DNA of 64,000 nt from NCBI GenBank assembly GCA_051362555.1, contig CM120646.1, positions 248,001 to 312,000 of the forward strand, written 5' to 3'. Numbering within the stretch: position 1 is the first letter of the stretch; each line of letters begins with the position of its first letter. A program made the translations under genes and the position numbers. The DNA is from Lingula anatina. Taxonomy: Eukaryota; Animalia; Brachiopoda. Below are positions 1 to 13,646 of this stretch, piece after piece. Under the pieces are notes generated by a model. The model did no database searches. It had not been told where the DNA came from and worked only from the letters and a program-made list of their open reading frames with translations.

Positions 1-756
1 GTGGTCGTTACAATATGAAATCTTATAATACTTCTTTCCCCTTCCTGTTTGGTCATCCATTGTCGGTGTTCACCCAGATTGAATTATTGAACAATACCCC
101 AGTGGGAACAGTAGCTCTAATGGCCTCTGGGTTGTTATTGAATAATACACGAGCTTTATGGTTTTGGGGGTTGAAATCCTTATGGAATTTAAGTTGTGGC
201 CCAACTTTTTGAAGCATTTATTTCTAGACCTATGCTGTTAGCATAAATGTTTTGACCAAGTGCTACACATACTTGTACCATAGCCACTGAAGAGGAAAAA
301 AAAACAACTCCAATTCATATTACAGATGAACCATGTGATGTATAAATCAGCTTCAAAACTTGTTTTATTCTAATCCTATCCTGCCTACTATACCTTAAAT
401 TGGTTTTCCTCTTTATCATTTAGAGAATTAAATTTGAGATGGTTTCCATTAATTTTGATGAACAGATCAATAAAAGCGATGACCTTACATGTTCATTTAA
501 TGTAATTTTACCCATTTTTGTTATGTGTCCTCAAAATAGCAGTGTGTTTTACAGACGTGATACTAGATAAAAGAGACAATTTTCATGTAATTATTGATTG
601 AACAACATGAAAACAGCAAACAAATTTGTCACGGTATGTTCCTCATTTTCCAGTTCATTGTGCTGTGAAAACATAGTCTTCATAGTCCCATCAGTTTAAG
701 AGGGAAACAAATTTATTCAAATTTCTGGAATAATATCCTTTTTTTAATAGTCCCTT

Positions 757-1392
757 CCTGTATTGTCCCAGAATTGTTCCGGTACTGACACTTGTATTAT
801 CCCAGTATGTCCCAGTACTAACATCTGTATTATCCAAGTATTGTCCCAGTACTGACACCAGTAATATCCCAGTATTGTCCCAGTACTGACACCTGTATTA
901 TCCAAGTATTGTCCCAGTACCGACACCTGTGTTGTCCCAGTACTGACACCAGTATTGTCCCAGTACTGACACCTATTATCCCAGTATTGTCCCAGTACTG
1001 ATACTAGTTTTTTCCCAGTATTGTCCCAGTACTGACACCTGTATTATCCCAGTATTGTCCCAGCACTGACACCTGTATTATCCCAGTATTGTTCCATCAC
1101 TGACACCCGTATTGTCCAAGTATTGTTCCAGCACTGACACCCGTATTATCCCAGTATTGTCCCAGTACTGACACCCGTATTGTCCCAGTATTGACACCTG
1201 TATTATCCCAGTATTGTCCCTGTACTGACACCTGTATTGTCCCAGTATTGTCCCAGTACTGACACCTGTATTATCCAAGTATTGTCCCAGTACTGACACC
1301 TGTATTATCTCAGTATTACCCCTGTATTGTCCCAGTATTGTCCCAGTACTGACACCTGTATTATCCCAGTATTACCCCAGTATTGCCCCAGT
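757..1392. repeat. Minisatellite of 11-bp (cccagtattgt) and ~23-bp (cccagtactgacacctgtattat) subunits
   Basis: Repeated units read directly; explains minus-strand ORFs 744-926 and 1078-1299. Boundaries approximate. Confidence 0.95.
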
Positions 1393-2814
1393 CCAGAGTT
1401 TTGTACCCCTGATCCAAACTGTCAATACCAGCTCTAATTCAACTCTGGAGTAATTGGAAAATCAATTCCGTGTCAGAATTTGAGCTATTTCTTTGGTGAT
1501 CTCAAATTTTGATCAGAAATAATAGGAATTTGGCAGAGCAGAGATGGCTGGAACATGAATTGAGTGCTTGTGTACCTTTGTGAGACTGCTTTTGGGATAT
1601 TATGTAGATATAGGTGCTAGTGTGTCTGTATCCGTGTGTGTCTGTGTCTGTGTGTGTTTATGTTTCTTATCTGAACATATCATCCACCAGTTGCATTCTT
1701 ATCTGTAGGGTTTGTGAAGAGAGTTACCAAATCAAAATTAATAATTAGTTTTCTCTGTGTTATTGTTTCTGCCCCCCCCCCCCCAATTTCTGTCTTCATT
1801 ATACATTATTACCTGCAGTGACAACATTAAGAACAAAGCAACACAGGCAGCTGATGAATTTTTAAACAACTTAAAGTCTGTTGAAATTTGAAGTCGTAAT
1901 GTTCATCCACATGTGACTGTCAAGTTGTATTATTGAAGAACCTGCTGGTGCCTGTTCTCCATGGTTTTCTGTCACAATCTTATCTTTCCTAGAGCAGATG
2001 TGGCGCTCAGCTGTCGTAATGTCTGGGACGGGTGACAATATTCAATACTTAATGTTCTACAATGGTGCACATTCTGAGAAACCAAGCTGGGGAGATAAAG
2101 AAATTTTTGATCATTTTATTTCATATCATTTGACTCAGCACAGTGTTACTAGTGAATTGACATTTGCAGAATTTCTTTGACATACCACAATTTTATTTTA
2201 TTGAGTTTTGTAATTAATTTGAATTGAATGATGTATATAACAGCAGATATTTAACATATTATATATGTTAGAATAAGTTGTAAAATGTCTCAAGCTTAGC
2301 CCTATCTCCTAGTTATAAGTGTTAGACGATCTAGTTTACTGAAATAATTAGATTGATCTAAAATTGTCAGTTAAGTGCAGTGTTTTTGATGGAATGAAAA
2401 TGTGTAGTCTATGCTGTTTTAAAAGGAAAAGTACTGAAATCTACATTGTGTTCACACTGCTGTAGTAGTGTACTTTCCTTACATCAGCGTGCTTATTCTG
2501 TCTATTAAACAGACCTGTCTGAAGCAGTGCCTGTCACACTTTATACCAAAGAGGAAAAAGGTGAAAACTGTAGATAACATTTGACTTTCTTCAAGTACAG
2601 TTGTGATGGCAACACCTGATAACATTTCAATTCTGCAGTTAAACCTGTTATTTTCCCACCAAAATGGCCTCTGTTCAGCATGGATTAAAAAAATTATTTT
2701 CAATTTCCAGAAGAGGCCCTAGGGTGGGTGGGTGGGTGTAGGTGGGGGTGGGGGGTGGAGTCAGGTGCTAGAATACCCCCTTTTATTTATGTTAAAAAGT
2801 CAGTTCACAAGCAA

Positions 2815-4620
2815 GTACACACACACACACACAAACATACATGTGTTCACACACACATGTGCACACTCACACACATACACATGTGCACACTCACACACAC
2901 ACACACATGTGCACACTCACACACACACACATGTGCACACTCACACACACACACATGTGCACACTCACACACACACACATGTGCACACTCACACACACAC
3001 ACATGTGCACACTCACACACACACACATGTGCACACTCACACACACCCACATGTGCACACTCACACATACACACATGTGCACACTCACACACGCACACAT
3101 GTGCACACTCACACATGCACACTCACACACTCACACACACACATGTGCACACTCACACACACACACATGTGCACACTCACACACACACACATGTGCACAC
3201 TCACACACACACACATGTGCACACTCACACACACACACATGTGCCCACTCACACATGCACACTCACACACTCACACACACACATGTGCACACTCACACAC
3301 ACACACATGTGCACACTCACACACACACACATGTGCACACTCACACATACACACATGTGCACACTCACACATACACACATGTGCACACTCACACACGCAC
3401 ACATGTGCACACTCACACACACACACATGTGCACACTCACACATACACACATGTGCACACTCACACACACACACATGTGCACACTCACACACACACACAT
3501 GTGCACACTCACACATGCACACTCACACACTCACACACACACATGTGCACACTCACACACACACACATGTGCACACTCACACACACACACATGTGCACAC
3601 TCACACACACACACATGTGCACACTCACACATACACACATGTGCACACTCACACACACACACATGTGCACACTCACACACACACACATGTGCACACTCAC
3701 ACACATGTGCACACTCACACACACACACATGTGCACACTCACACACACACATGTGCACACTCACACATACACACTCACACACACACACATGTGCACACAC
3801 ACACACACACACACTCACACACACACACATGTGCACACTCACACACACACACATGTGCACACTCACACACACATGTGCACACTCACACATACACACATGT
3901 GCACACTCACACACACATACACACATGTGCACACTCACACACACACACATGTGCACACTCACACACACACACATGTGCACACACACACACACATGTGCAC
4001 ACTCACACACACACACATGTGCACACTCACACACACACACATGTGCACACACACACACATGTGCACACTCACACATACACACATGTGCACACTCACACAC
4101 ACACATGTGCACACTCACACACACACATGTGCACACTCACACACACACACATGTGCACACTCACACATACACACATGTGCACACTCACACATACACACAT
4201 GTGCACACACACACACATGTGCACACTCACACACACACACATGTGCACACTCACACACACACACATGTGCACACACACACACATGTGCACACTCACACAT
4301 ACACACATGTGCACACTCACACACACACATGTGCACACTCACACACACACATGTGCACACTCACACACACACACATGTGCACACTCACACACACACATGT
4401 GCACACTCACACATACACACATGTGCACACTCACACATACACACATGTGCACACTCACACACACACACATGTGCACACTCACACATACACACATGTGCAC
4501 ACTCACACATACACACATGTGCACACTCACACATACACACTCACACACACACACATGTGCACACTCACACATACACACGTACACACACACACATACACAT
4601 GTGCACACTCACACACACAC
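2815..4620. repeat. (CA)n-derived ~22-bp minisatellite (cacatgtgcacactcacacaca)
   Basis: About 1.8 kb of near-identical units with variable CA number; produces His/Thr- and Cys/Val-rich ORFs on both strands. Confidence 0.98.
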
Positions 4621-5081
4621 AAAATGATACATAGATGGCAAAAAGACAAAGTAAGCTGATATTTCTCAACCAGTGTTCCTGGAAGCAGTGCAGTTATTGG
4701 TCATATTACTGATATACATTCAAACCATTGCTCCCTCTGTACCTAATTCTTTTCTTCACATGTTTAAAAGCACATACCACGTAGCAGATATAATAATAAA
4801 TAACTGTTATTGGAACATACATCTTGATGGAAGTACCCCAGTGGGTTGCTGAACCTTATCCATGGTAACTTATCTTAACTAAGAACTGTGAGGTGAATAT
4901 TAAGATATCTGCTCCTAGTTCATATCATCTATAGTCTTGTGGCAAGATCTGGGAAGCAGTAATTGAATATTTCTTTTATGAGCTTGGATTGAGTTTTGTT
5001 AACCCCTTTTTATGCATTTTACATACTTATAAAGATAAAAAACATTCACTGCATGATTTGTACTTGCCTAAGATTTCTTAA

Positions 5082-5416
5082 AGGGATAATAACTCTTTGT
5101 TTTGGCCAAAAAATGAATTTTCCTGGAGTAAACAACAATTTTCCCACACTTGCCAATGGTTAATGAATCCATTTTTACATTCAAAGTTAGTCCCTGTTTT
5201 TTTCTAAAAAGTTTGTTTTTTGTTATAATCTCTTAAGAGATTATAACAGAGTATAGCCATCAATGGAGGTCACGTGATCTAAAGACAAGCTCAGATATCA
5301 AAATAATAGCTATAACTGCCGTTTTTGTGGTACAGCAGAATATATTATATTTTCATGAGTTGTTCAAAATGTTTTTATTGTGAAATATAGATCTCAAACG
5401 AAGAGTTATTATCCCT
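5082..5416. mobile_element. Non-autonomous Kolobok-like DNA transposon (MITE), 335 bp
   Basis: TIRs agggataataactctttgttt / aaacgaagagttattatccct (16 bp perfect, then one mismatch); TTAA on both sides (5078-5081, 5417-5420). TTAA TSD with AG...CT termini fits Kolobok rather than piggyBac (CC...GG). Confidence 0.8.
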
Positions 5417-5761
5417 TTAAGTAATATCAAATCTTTGGCAGCCTTGCTCTTGACATATATATATTTGAAACATGAATAAATGCTGTGTTATTTGTACTAG
5501 AAATTATTTATTTAAAAATATAAATTTGAAAGTGGTGCTTTCCTCTGCAAATTCACCATTTTAACAGAAGAGATGAGATCCATTTTTTATCTCCAATGAG
5601 GTGAAGTCAGATCTATGTAGATAAATGACTCTAGTCTGTAGTTGGCACCATTAGTGAATGGCGGTCGTGTTTTGCCAAGTCAACAACCTTAGGTTAAGAC
5701 CTCCATCACTGAGAGTGGTGGTGAATTCTTCACACGTTGGTCCTCTGTGATCACACTAGTG

Positions 5762-5775
5762 GTGCCCCCTGGTGA
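5762..5775 (-). promoter_or_regulatory. Candidate CTCF-binding motif
   Basis: Minus strand reads TCACCAGGGGGCAC, one mismatch to CCASYAGRKGGCRS. Motif match only. Confidence 0.35.
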
Positions 5776-7937
5776 CATCTGCATTTACACGAGGTCTCAG
5801 ACATAGCTCCAAGATGGTTGTGTTTTTTGATGTAAAGTGCCAATAATATATTGAAAAACATTGAGAAATTGTTGTTAGTCCCAGTTAAAGAAAAAAATAA
5901 ATACAGAATTTGTGATAAAATCAAAGTAATTCAAACTATGACCACCATAGTTTTCTTCACCACTGGTAAAACCATTAGATGTTTTCATTCTCCGAGATTA
6001 TTAACACCAGAAGATTGCCTTACAAAACTTATTAACATAGATAGCACTTTACCTGCCTTATAGTGGTGATGAAATAATTATTTCTCCATCAACTGTTAAT
6101 TTGTACTTGGAAGGTGCTGTCAAACTGATCATGTAATACTATATGGGCCATGACCTAGTCTGTATTTAGGATATTTCAACTAGAAAAGTGAGGATCATTT
6201 GACAATGGAGGATATGAATTTTTCACCTGCAGCTGGGAACATGTTTGAATTTATATATATTTGTTCATTTGACTGATTAACTGATGATCATTAATTAATT
6301 TTTTTTCTTTTGTTATTTTTCATCTTTAGTAAATAATTTTGCACAAGGCGAAATGAAAAGAAGCACAACTGAAAGACTGGTTCATGGGTGTTGTAAAGTT
6401 CATCCAAGCTTTTTTTCCTTTTAAAACTATAACATCTGTTTGTTGTGAATGTGACATTTAGTAATGTATTGAATTATTCATCTTCAAGCAATAATAGCCA
6501 AGGCTCTATGAGCAGTAGCATTGATCTAATGAAGTTGGAATTCAAGCAGAAACAGTAAATGTTCTATCATGATTATTGCTAAATGAATTTGAAGATTTGT
6601 AGATCTTTTACCATAAAATATGTGTTTTGAATGATCTCTCATGTCAATGTGTATGATATATCAGCTGGGTTATGAAATTCATAAAAAGTAACTTATCTGA
6701 AGCTTGTGACTAATTTCAGTAGGTCAAAAATATGATAGAGTAAAGACAGTTAACCCCAGAAAAAATTGTTACACATTGGTTGTATACTAGGCACCTTTTA
6801 TTAAAATAGATTTAAAAAGCAACCCATGTTTTGTTGCTGTGAATAGTGGAATTCTTCAGACCATGGGCAGGGTAAACTCTTTGTTGGCCGCAGTAATCAA
6901 CCAATTACGTCCATAATAATTTGGTCACAGTTCCTGTTATGCCAAATATTTCCACCAGAAATCATTGTTTACGAGGACATGAAAACTTTGCTGTAGCATG
7001 TTTCCCATACTTCACTCTAATTTCCTTTACTTAACTTAGGATCAAGTGGAAAGTGAATTGTTTTCTCAGGATGTAGCACAGAAGAAATATAATGAACACA
7101 CTACAGCTATGATGATGCAAAAAAAGAAAAAAGAAAAAAAGAGGGGAAAAACTGTTGGCATTTACAACAGGATGAAAAGTTTTCATATTATTATTATTAT
7201 AATTATCATTGTGTGTGTGTGTTTGTATGTGTGTGTGTGAGGTGGCAAGCCAAAGTATATAACAAGACATGAAAATGCAATCTGATATGCAGTAAAATTA
7301 ACAGTAAAAGTGCGTCATTTTACAGATTCTGAAGCTTTCACTATCAGCAGGTTTAATCCAGTTTGGGAGGGAGGGGGGCTTATTCAGCACATAGCGTTTT
7401 ATTTCACTGGACTCCATACATGTTTACAACAGAGGGGTTAAACGCCAACTGCATTAAGTTTTTTTTTTTTTTTCTTTTTTAACCAAGCTTGAAGTGGTTT
7501 TGTTCAGCTAGATTAAATATTAAAATGAAAGACAAATGTTGCTCTTATCCACATTGAAAGAACTTTTTTTCCTGGAATATCTTTATAAATGATTCAGTTT
7601 AGGTGAAGGAAAAGTACATGTTGTATGAAAATTGCCAATACATTTATTTGATTTAGAAAAATTGAGTTTGGCCAAAATTATTGAATTGTTTATCCATATG
7701 AAATGATGCCCTGCTTGCTCCCTGATGTATACTATATGGTATGCTGTGTACAAATGGCTATATGGAATGTTTTACTAATAAATCTGCCTATAATTGGACA
7801 ACTATTTGTGCATTTGATGAATGTTCTACTAATAATGTAATCATTTGTTAACTTACCAATACATGTACATGCGTGTCAAGATGGGCTTGTTGCTATGGTA
7901 ACACACCCATGATGTAATGTGTCCTTATGATTTTCAG

Positions 7938-8027
7938 CTCTCGTCATGACAAACAATTGCACGGATACCGAGGACAACGTAATTCCCTGCAACATTTCGG
8001 CACCGTATGCTTGTATTTATGAGACAG
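7938..8027 (+). CDS. Candidate 90-nt internal coding exon (xLVMTNNCTDTEDNVIPCNISAPYACIYET-G), phase 1/1, upstream of the Ig exons
   Basis: ttttcag acceptor, ag|gtacat donor, open in phase 1, CpG-rich against a CpG-poor background; joins in frame (G|GC) to the exon at 11853. Confidence 0.55.
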
Positions 8028-11000
8028 GTACATGTTTAGATGTTGGCATGGGGGTCTCCCTGGGACCACTGCAGCACTCTGTGGTATCAGTGGCATATCT
8101 GGGGAGGGGGGGGGGGGAACGGCAGGTGATCTGGATCCCACCTGAATGGGGCACTGTGAGGGGTTTTGTAAAACTTTGAACACCCTATATTTCCATACAG
8201 GAACATTTAAAATCTATTAATTTGCTTGTTTCCCTCAGATAAGCCACTGTGAGATATACATGGGGTTGTTTTATTTAAGTTATCATTTAAGTTCTCTGTG
8301 TCAGTTTATTGTGCATGTGGTGTGTTAACAGTTGGTGGATTAAGTTCTTTTTGAAGGTGCAGGTGCTTGTTGAGCAAACAGGAAATTATGTATAATATGT
8401 TAAAGATTATATGTTTAATAACTATATCACACTGTTGATGTATAATGTAGGGTCATTTCTTATTACAAAGAACAAATCATGAATTGTTGAAAGTTGACTA
8501 GGTAATACAATTCTGTTTGATCTGGCATTGTTCAGACTAAAATGTTGTCACCATTTTGTTTATTTTCAGTTACTTTACTTTTGAATTAAAACCATTAAAA
8601 ATGTATAATTTCATGTAGTAGAAGGCCCTATATTGGTTTACAGCAGCACATAAAACCTGTGCTTTTCCATCTCCATTTTAGGTAGCATGGATTATGTTGA
8701 AGTCTAAATTATTTTAACTATCATGTCTTAGTTTATTTGGAAAAAGCATGTTTAAAGCAGATAAGTCTGAAAGTGAAAATAGTATCCTGTAATTATTTGT
8801 GATTGATCAGTACAAACTTTTAAGTCTTGTTTTGATAAGATTTGTTTCAGTTAATTAGCAGAAATGGTGACATCTCCAAAAGGTGAATCTCTGTCTTATA
8901 AAGGATAAATAAAAATAAAATAAATTTCTCATGAAATTTTATTTTTTAGTATCAAGAGTGTGATGGTTTTCCTTACTGTAATATCTTCATCTTCTAACAA
9001 GCTTTTAAATCTAATTATCAAAAGAAAAAAATATGAACAGTTTCACTTTTCTTATTTCAACTTAAATTTAAAAAAAATGTATAGGTGGAATATATTTGAA
9101 AAAGTTATCTTAGAAGATAGACGGTATTATGAAGGAGAACAATTCTTTGGAATGGTCATTTAACATCGGTGGCAGCGGAGGGATAGCATGTTGCTGAACT
9201 AACAGTAATCAAATTAACACTTATTTTCCTGAGACAAAATAGTCCCTCATCAAACATATGGTATGATATGTCTTTGTTACCATTTATTTGAAACTAGAGG
9301 ATTGTTTAAGACTATTTTACTTTTCCTTACATCTTTGCTATTACAGGACATATAATTCCGCCTCACTTAGTCTCCACAGAAAGCGATGTGGCGGGTAATG
9401 ATTTGGTGTTCCATGTCTCTAACCTGGACAGCTAGGCTTATCAAGCAGTTCTTTTCGCTTTCTTTCTCAAGTTAATTGATAGTTTGTTGACTGTTAGCAA
9501 ATTGTCAATAAATTTGTGCAAAGTTCATATTAAAACAAAGCTTTCTCTTGATCTTATTTTCTATTGATACAGTGAGCAAGTTTTGTTTGCCTATTGGACT
9601 TACTGCTGAAAGATACGCCTTGCAAAAAAGCGTAACCACATATTTGTTTTTGCTTCCCTTTTTTGCTGAAATTTAAATTTTGATACTAAAATTTGAAAAT
9701 TTGAAACATTTTTTAACCTTTAATAGTTTAGCTTGTTGTAACAGAGTTTCAGTAGATTTTGAGTAAGTGTAGTATTAATATAAGAGTACTCCGGCACAGT
9801 TTGATGTTGGTGAGGCAGGATTGTGAATTTGTTCAAATATAATATTAATATGAAGCATTCACTTGTCTTATAACCTTGGGATATTTAATGGATGCAGCTT
9901 GATGCACCTCATTGGGATTTCTGGCAAGAGATATTAAAAGATAGTCGACATGTTTGCCAAGGAACCATGATTTTGTCCAAAAATGAGCAATTTGGCTGAA
10001 AAGCTCAATTTATTTACGGACAAACACACATATATAAAATGTGTCCAGAATTTAAAAAGCGAACTTTGCTGGGGTAGGATCATTTTTAAGCCTGTTCACA
10101 ACCTTAACATATTTAGACCAGGAATTGCCTAGATGATGTCACCAGATGACTAGATTACATAGAATGAGACTGGATAGCCTCAGCTATCTGGTCATCTGGT
10201 TACTGTATTTCCTGTCTAAATTTATTCCTGGTGTGAACTTGACCAGATTTCATATACTTTATTATTGCCTTTCAGTTACTCGTTAGAGAGACTGCAGACT
10301 ATATATGTTATAATACTCAGCCCTGTTTTTCTTTTAAAATATTTTTGATATTTTTCAGTCTTGTTTTGAATGAAATGTTCATTTGATGAGTTAAGAATTA
10401 ATATACTGTGTTATTCATGCAAGATGTCGTTTGGTTGCGGGATGCATGCAGGTTTTTGGTTTTATTCAAGCATGACATCTTTTCTATCAGAACAAATTGG
10501 CAAGGTTTGTTCCAGGTGGTTTTGTTGATATTAAATAGTTTCCATTTCTGAGAAATTTGGTTTCTTTTCAGGTACTTTATGTATGAATGCCAAGTGTTGA
10601 CATGATTTGTTTATTCTCAGTGTGTCAAGTTTGTTGCTTTGAAAATAGATGTCCACATTTGTGTTAATGTCCTTCGTTTAGTTAGAATTATGTCATGGAG
10701 GTGATATGTTTGTTTTTGAATATAATCATAGATTAAGTGTCCTTTTGCAAAATGAGAACAATAGGTTCATTATTTTGGGTAGATTTATATGGTAATATGT
10801 CTATGGAGATGCCAGTCCTGAGGTGAAGATGTTTAGATGTCATTGTCTTCTCTCTCTGTTGGTGCATGGCTGGTTTTGTTGGTGCATGTTGACATATTTA
10901 TTGTAATAATTTTTGGCCTTCAAACATTTCCCTCAATTCCATCTCCCCTCGTCACCCCTGTAACCCCCCTCCCCCCTCCCCCCTCCCTATATGTAACTGT

Positions 11001-11852
11001 ATGTTTGGTGTATATTGTGCCTTGTGTCATTTTTATATGTACGTACATATTGTTGTATTGGAATAATGTTGCATAAATTTTTATTTTCTTGTGTAATTAT
11101 TACCTTATTTATCTCTTAAAAGTGATTTTAGAATAAACTAGTAATAGTAAACATTTTGAAATAACAAATATTGATGCTTAAACGGGAGACTTGAAATGCT
11201 ACAAGTAAATAATGATTCTGACTTGACAAAAGTTAAGGTATACTGGTAAGCAACAGACACCTTTCTGATTCCAAAGTAAATGAAAAAGATGTGTACTAGT
11301 AATCAGGAGAATGCCCTTTATATCAATGCTTTTTAAGTCCCTTAGCCATAAATTAAAGGTGGGAAGGGGTTGAAATGTGGACTTTCCAATAAACTAGAGG
11401 TGTAAATTCCTTTGACTTTGGATTTTAAGACATAACAATGTTTCCTTGTCAAAAAATTGTTGAAACTTAAAATAAAAAAAAAAAAAAGAAATTAATAACA
11501 AATTGAAAGCAATATGAGGGCAGCTGTTTTCTAGCCAGAAGAGTGGTCTTCTGAAACCATCATATTCCCTGTTGTGGGCATTCTGAGTGTAAACCTCGCC
11601 AGTGGGTATGGGCTGGAGGTGCATAGCTATCAACTCCTGATAACTTTCTACTCCCTAGGCATGGGTTAGTCTGTAAAATTTTAAAGAAAACTAAAACCCA
11701 ATTAAGTTTGTGGAAAGGGAAAGATTGGGGGGGGGGGGGGCAGGCAGGCAGGCAGTGGGTGTATCCGGGTGTAAATCAACATTCAAGTTGTTGTGCCCCC
11801 TCTAATGCCAACTCTTGGGTTTGATAAATGATTTGATCTGTCTCTGTTCTAG

Positions 11853-11986
11853 GCTCAGTGAAGAAGATAGTCAACGAAGGCAGCAACGAAATCCTGGAGT
11901 GTAACATCAACTACCCTGGTGGTAAATTTGTGGACAATATGATCGAATGGAAGAAGGAAGGGCTGGAACAGGCGATCTTTGCACAG
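11853..11986 (+). CDS. tutl/IGSF9-like: Exon: N-terminal half of V-type Ig domain, Turtle/IGSF9-like
   Basis: tctctgttctag acceptor; encodes SVKKIVNEGSNEILECNINYPGGKFVDNMIEWKKEGLEQAIFAQ with B-strand Cys and C-strand Trp; cag|gtagg phase-0 donor. Confidence 0.88.
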
Positions 11987-12127
11987 GTAGGCTGTTCTAA
12001 CACAGGTATGATATACCAACACAGGTATGATATACTGACACAGGTAGGCTATACTGACAGGTATGATATACTGACACAGGTAGGCTATTCTTACACAGGT
12101 ATGATATACTGACAGGTAGGCTATTCT
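11982..12127. repeat. 17-19-bp tandem repeat overlapping the splice donor (cacaggtaggctattct / cacaggtatgatatactga)
   Basis: Eight units, each carrying cag|gtagg or cag|gtatg. Confidence 0.85.
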
Positions 12128-12429
12128 GTCGGCTGACACACCAATTAGCCTATCATCTAACTCAAAAGTTGAAAATTTTCAGAGCAAAAGTAAATCAGTG
12201 GTAGCCCACTTCAGTGAGATTCTGCCTGTTGTACATACTGAAAGAAATGGACAAAGAGAAATATTGACTATATGTTAATGGACCATCACTAATTTTACAG
12301 GATGGAAATATACCAAAGTTTAGTATAGACTTACTAAAGTTTTGTCATGAATATGTGTCCTGACCTTGTAAAAATTGTGAGTTTTCATAACAGTGCCGTA
12401 GTTGGACCATGTTCAATGTTTTGTTCCAG

Positions 12430-12610
12430 TTTGAGGGATTCACGCCGCATGTGGATGCCCAGTACGCGGGAAGAATCAGTCTGGTAGAGCAGGCGTCTAT
12501 AGAGATCAGCAGTATCCGACAGAGCGACGCGGGCTGGTACATGTGCAAAGTGATCTTCTTGGACTCAGATAAAGAAGAGAACAGGACCAAGATATACCTG
12601 CAAGTCAACT
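12430..12610 (+). CDS. tutl/IGSF9-like: Exon: C-terminal half of V-type Ig domain, Turtle/IGSF9-like
   Basis: ttgttccag acceptor (phase 0, matching the previous exon); encodes FEGFTPHVDAQYAGRISLVEQASIEISSIRQSDAGWYMCKVIFLDSDKEENRTKIYLQVN with DxGxYxC motif; t|gtgagt phase-1 donor. PHVD..YAGR.SL and D.GWY.CKV resemble Ig1 of IGSF9/Turtle as recalled, not searched. Confidence 0.9.
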
Positions 12611-12976
12611 GTGAGTACCAAATCTCCCCTGGTCCTGTTATCCGCAATTTTCAAGTTTTATTGCAGTCCACAGTTGTGAAGTTGGCTGTCAGGTGATGCT
12701 GCTGAGTTATTCCACCCCACTCTCCCCTATCCCCAAATTGTGCATGTTTTATATTTCACATGTTATTGTTGCTCATTTGCTTCTATTGCTCTTAACCATT
12801 TGTGTATATATTTATAAAGGGTATGACCATTTGATTTTCATGTTATAGCATCATATTTGGGGCACACTTGCTGTCAGGATATAAGATATGGAATATAGAT
12901 ATTTGCAATTCCAAATCTTCTACAGACATAAAATTGATTGCTTCAGTTACGCCACTTTTTTGTAATTATATGAATA

Positions 12977-13269
12977 TAGGGTGTTCCAAAAATGTACCCA
13001 TTTGGAACTTTTAAAACACTACAAAGTTAAATATGTACGGCAGGCCTGAAAGAAACTGGGTGCATTAATTCACTAGTTTTGTCCTTCTTTGCCTCAGTTA
13101 ACTCCTTTAGAATTAAGATCATCTCATCCTGGCAGCCATATTGGCCATGGCTCTTGAGAATGTTTCATAGGGGATATTGTGTTGTGAATTTGACGTCAAA
13201 GGCTGTCCTTGGGTTGTTATAGTGGCCTTGGATTTCAGTGCAAAAGTGTGTACATTTTGGATTACTCTG
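12977..13269. mobile_element. Degenerate Tc1/mariner-like MITE (~293 bp)
   Basis: Imperfect TIRs ta|tagggtgttccaaaaatgtac ... gtacattttggattactctg|ta with TA flanks; CAGGGTG-type ends are typical of Tc1/mariner. Confidence 0.55.
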
Positions 13270-13646
13270 TACATAATGTGGGACTTATTATTATGGCTTC
13301 ACATTTGTCTCTGGTATATATTCAATTTCTAGCATACCTAGGAGACACCATGTCACACTTTAATTTGTTTGATTGATTTATGTCTCTTAAGCCTGGTTTA
13401 ATGATGAAGGGATGTCTGTGGAAATGATACACTGTAGAAAACACAAGGAGAATGTCTGTGGAAATGATACATTGTAGAGAACACAAGGAGAATGTGGAGT
13501 AGGCCTACAGTATTATTGGGACATTAGTCATAACAGAGAGTGTTTGTAGTTGCATTTTTATTTAAGTTGGGTCTATTCTTCTTGTTGCTAATTAAGTCAA
13601 GCTCACACTAGATTTCAGTTTTTGTCATCACTTTGTCATAGATTTG

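Noticed and set aside
1993-2031. Possible 39-nt phase-1 exon (QMWRSAVVMSGT)
   Set aside because: Acceptor is plausible, but the donor gtgaca is weak and there is no recognisable motif; not supportable without RNA data.
2728-4659. 600+ aa His/Thr/Cys-rich ORFs
   Set aside because: Open in all three forward frames purely because the CA-based repeat lacks stop codons; no splice or domain support.
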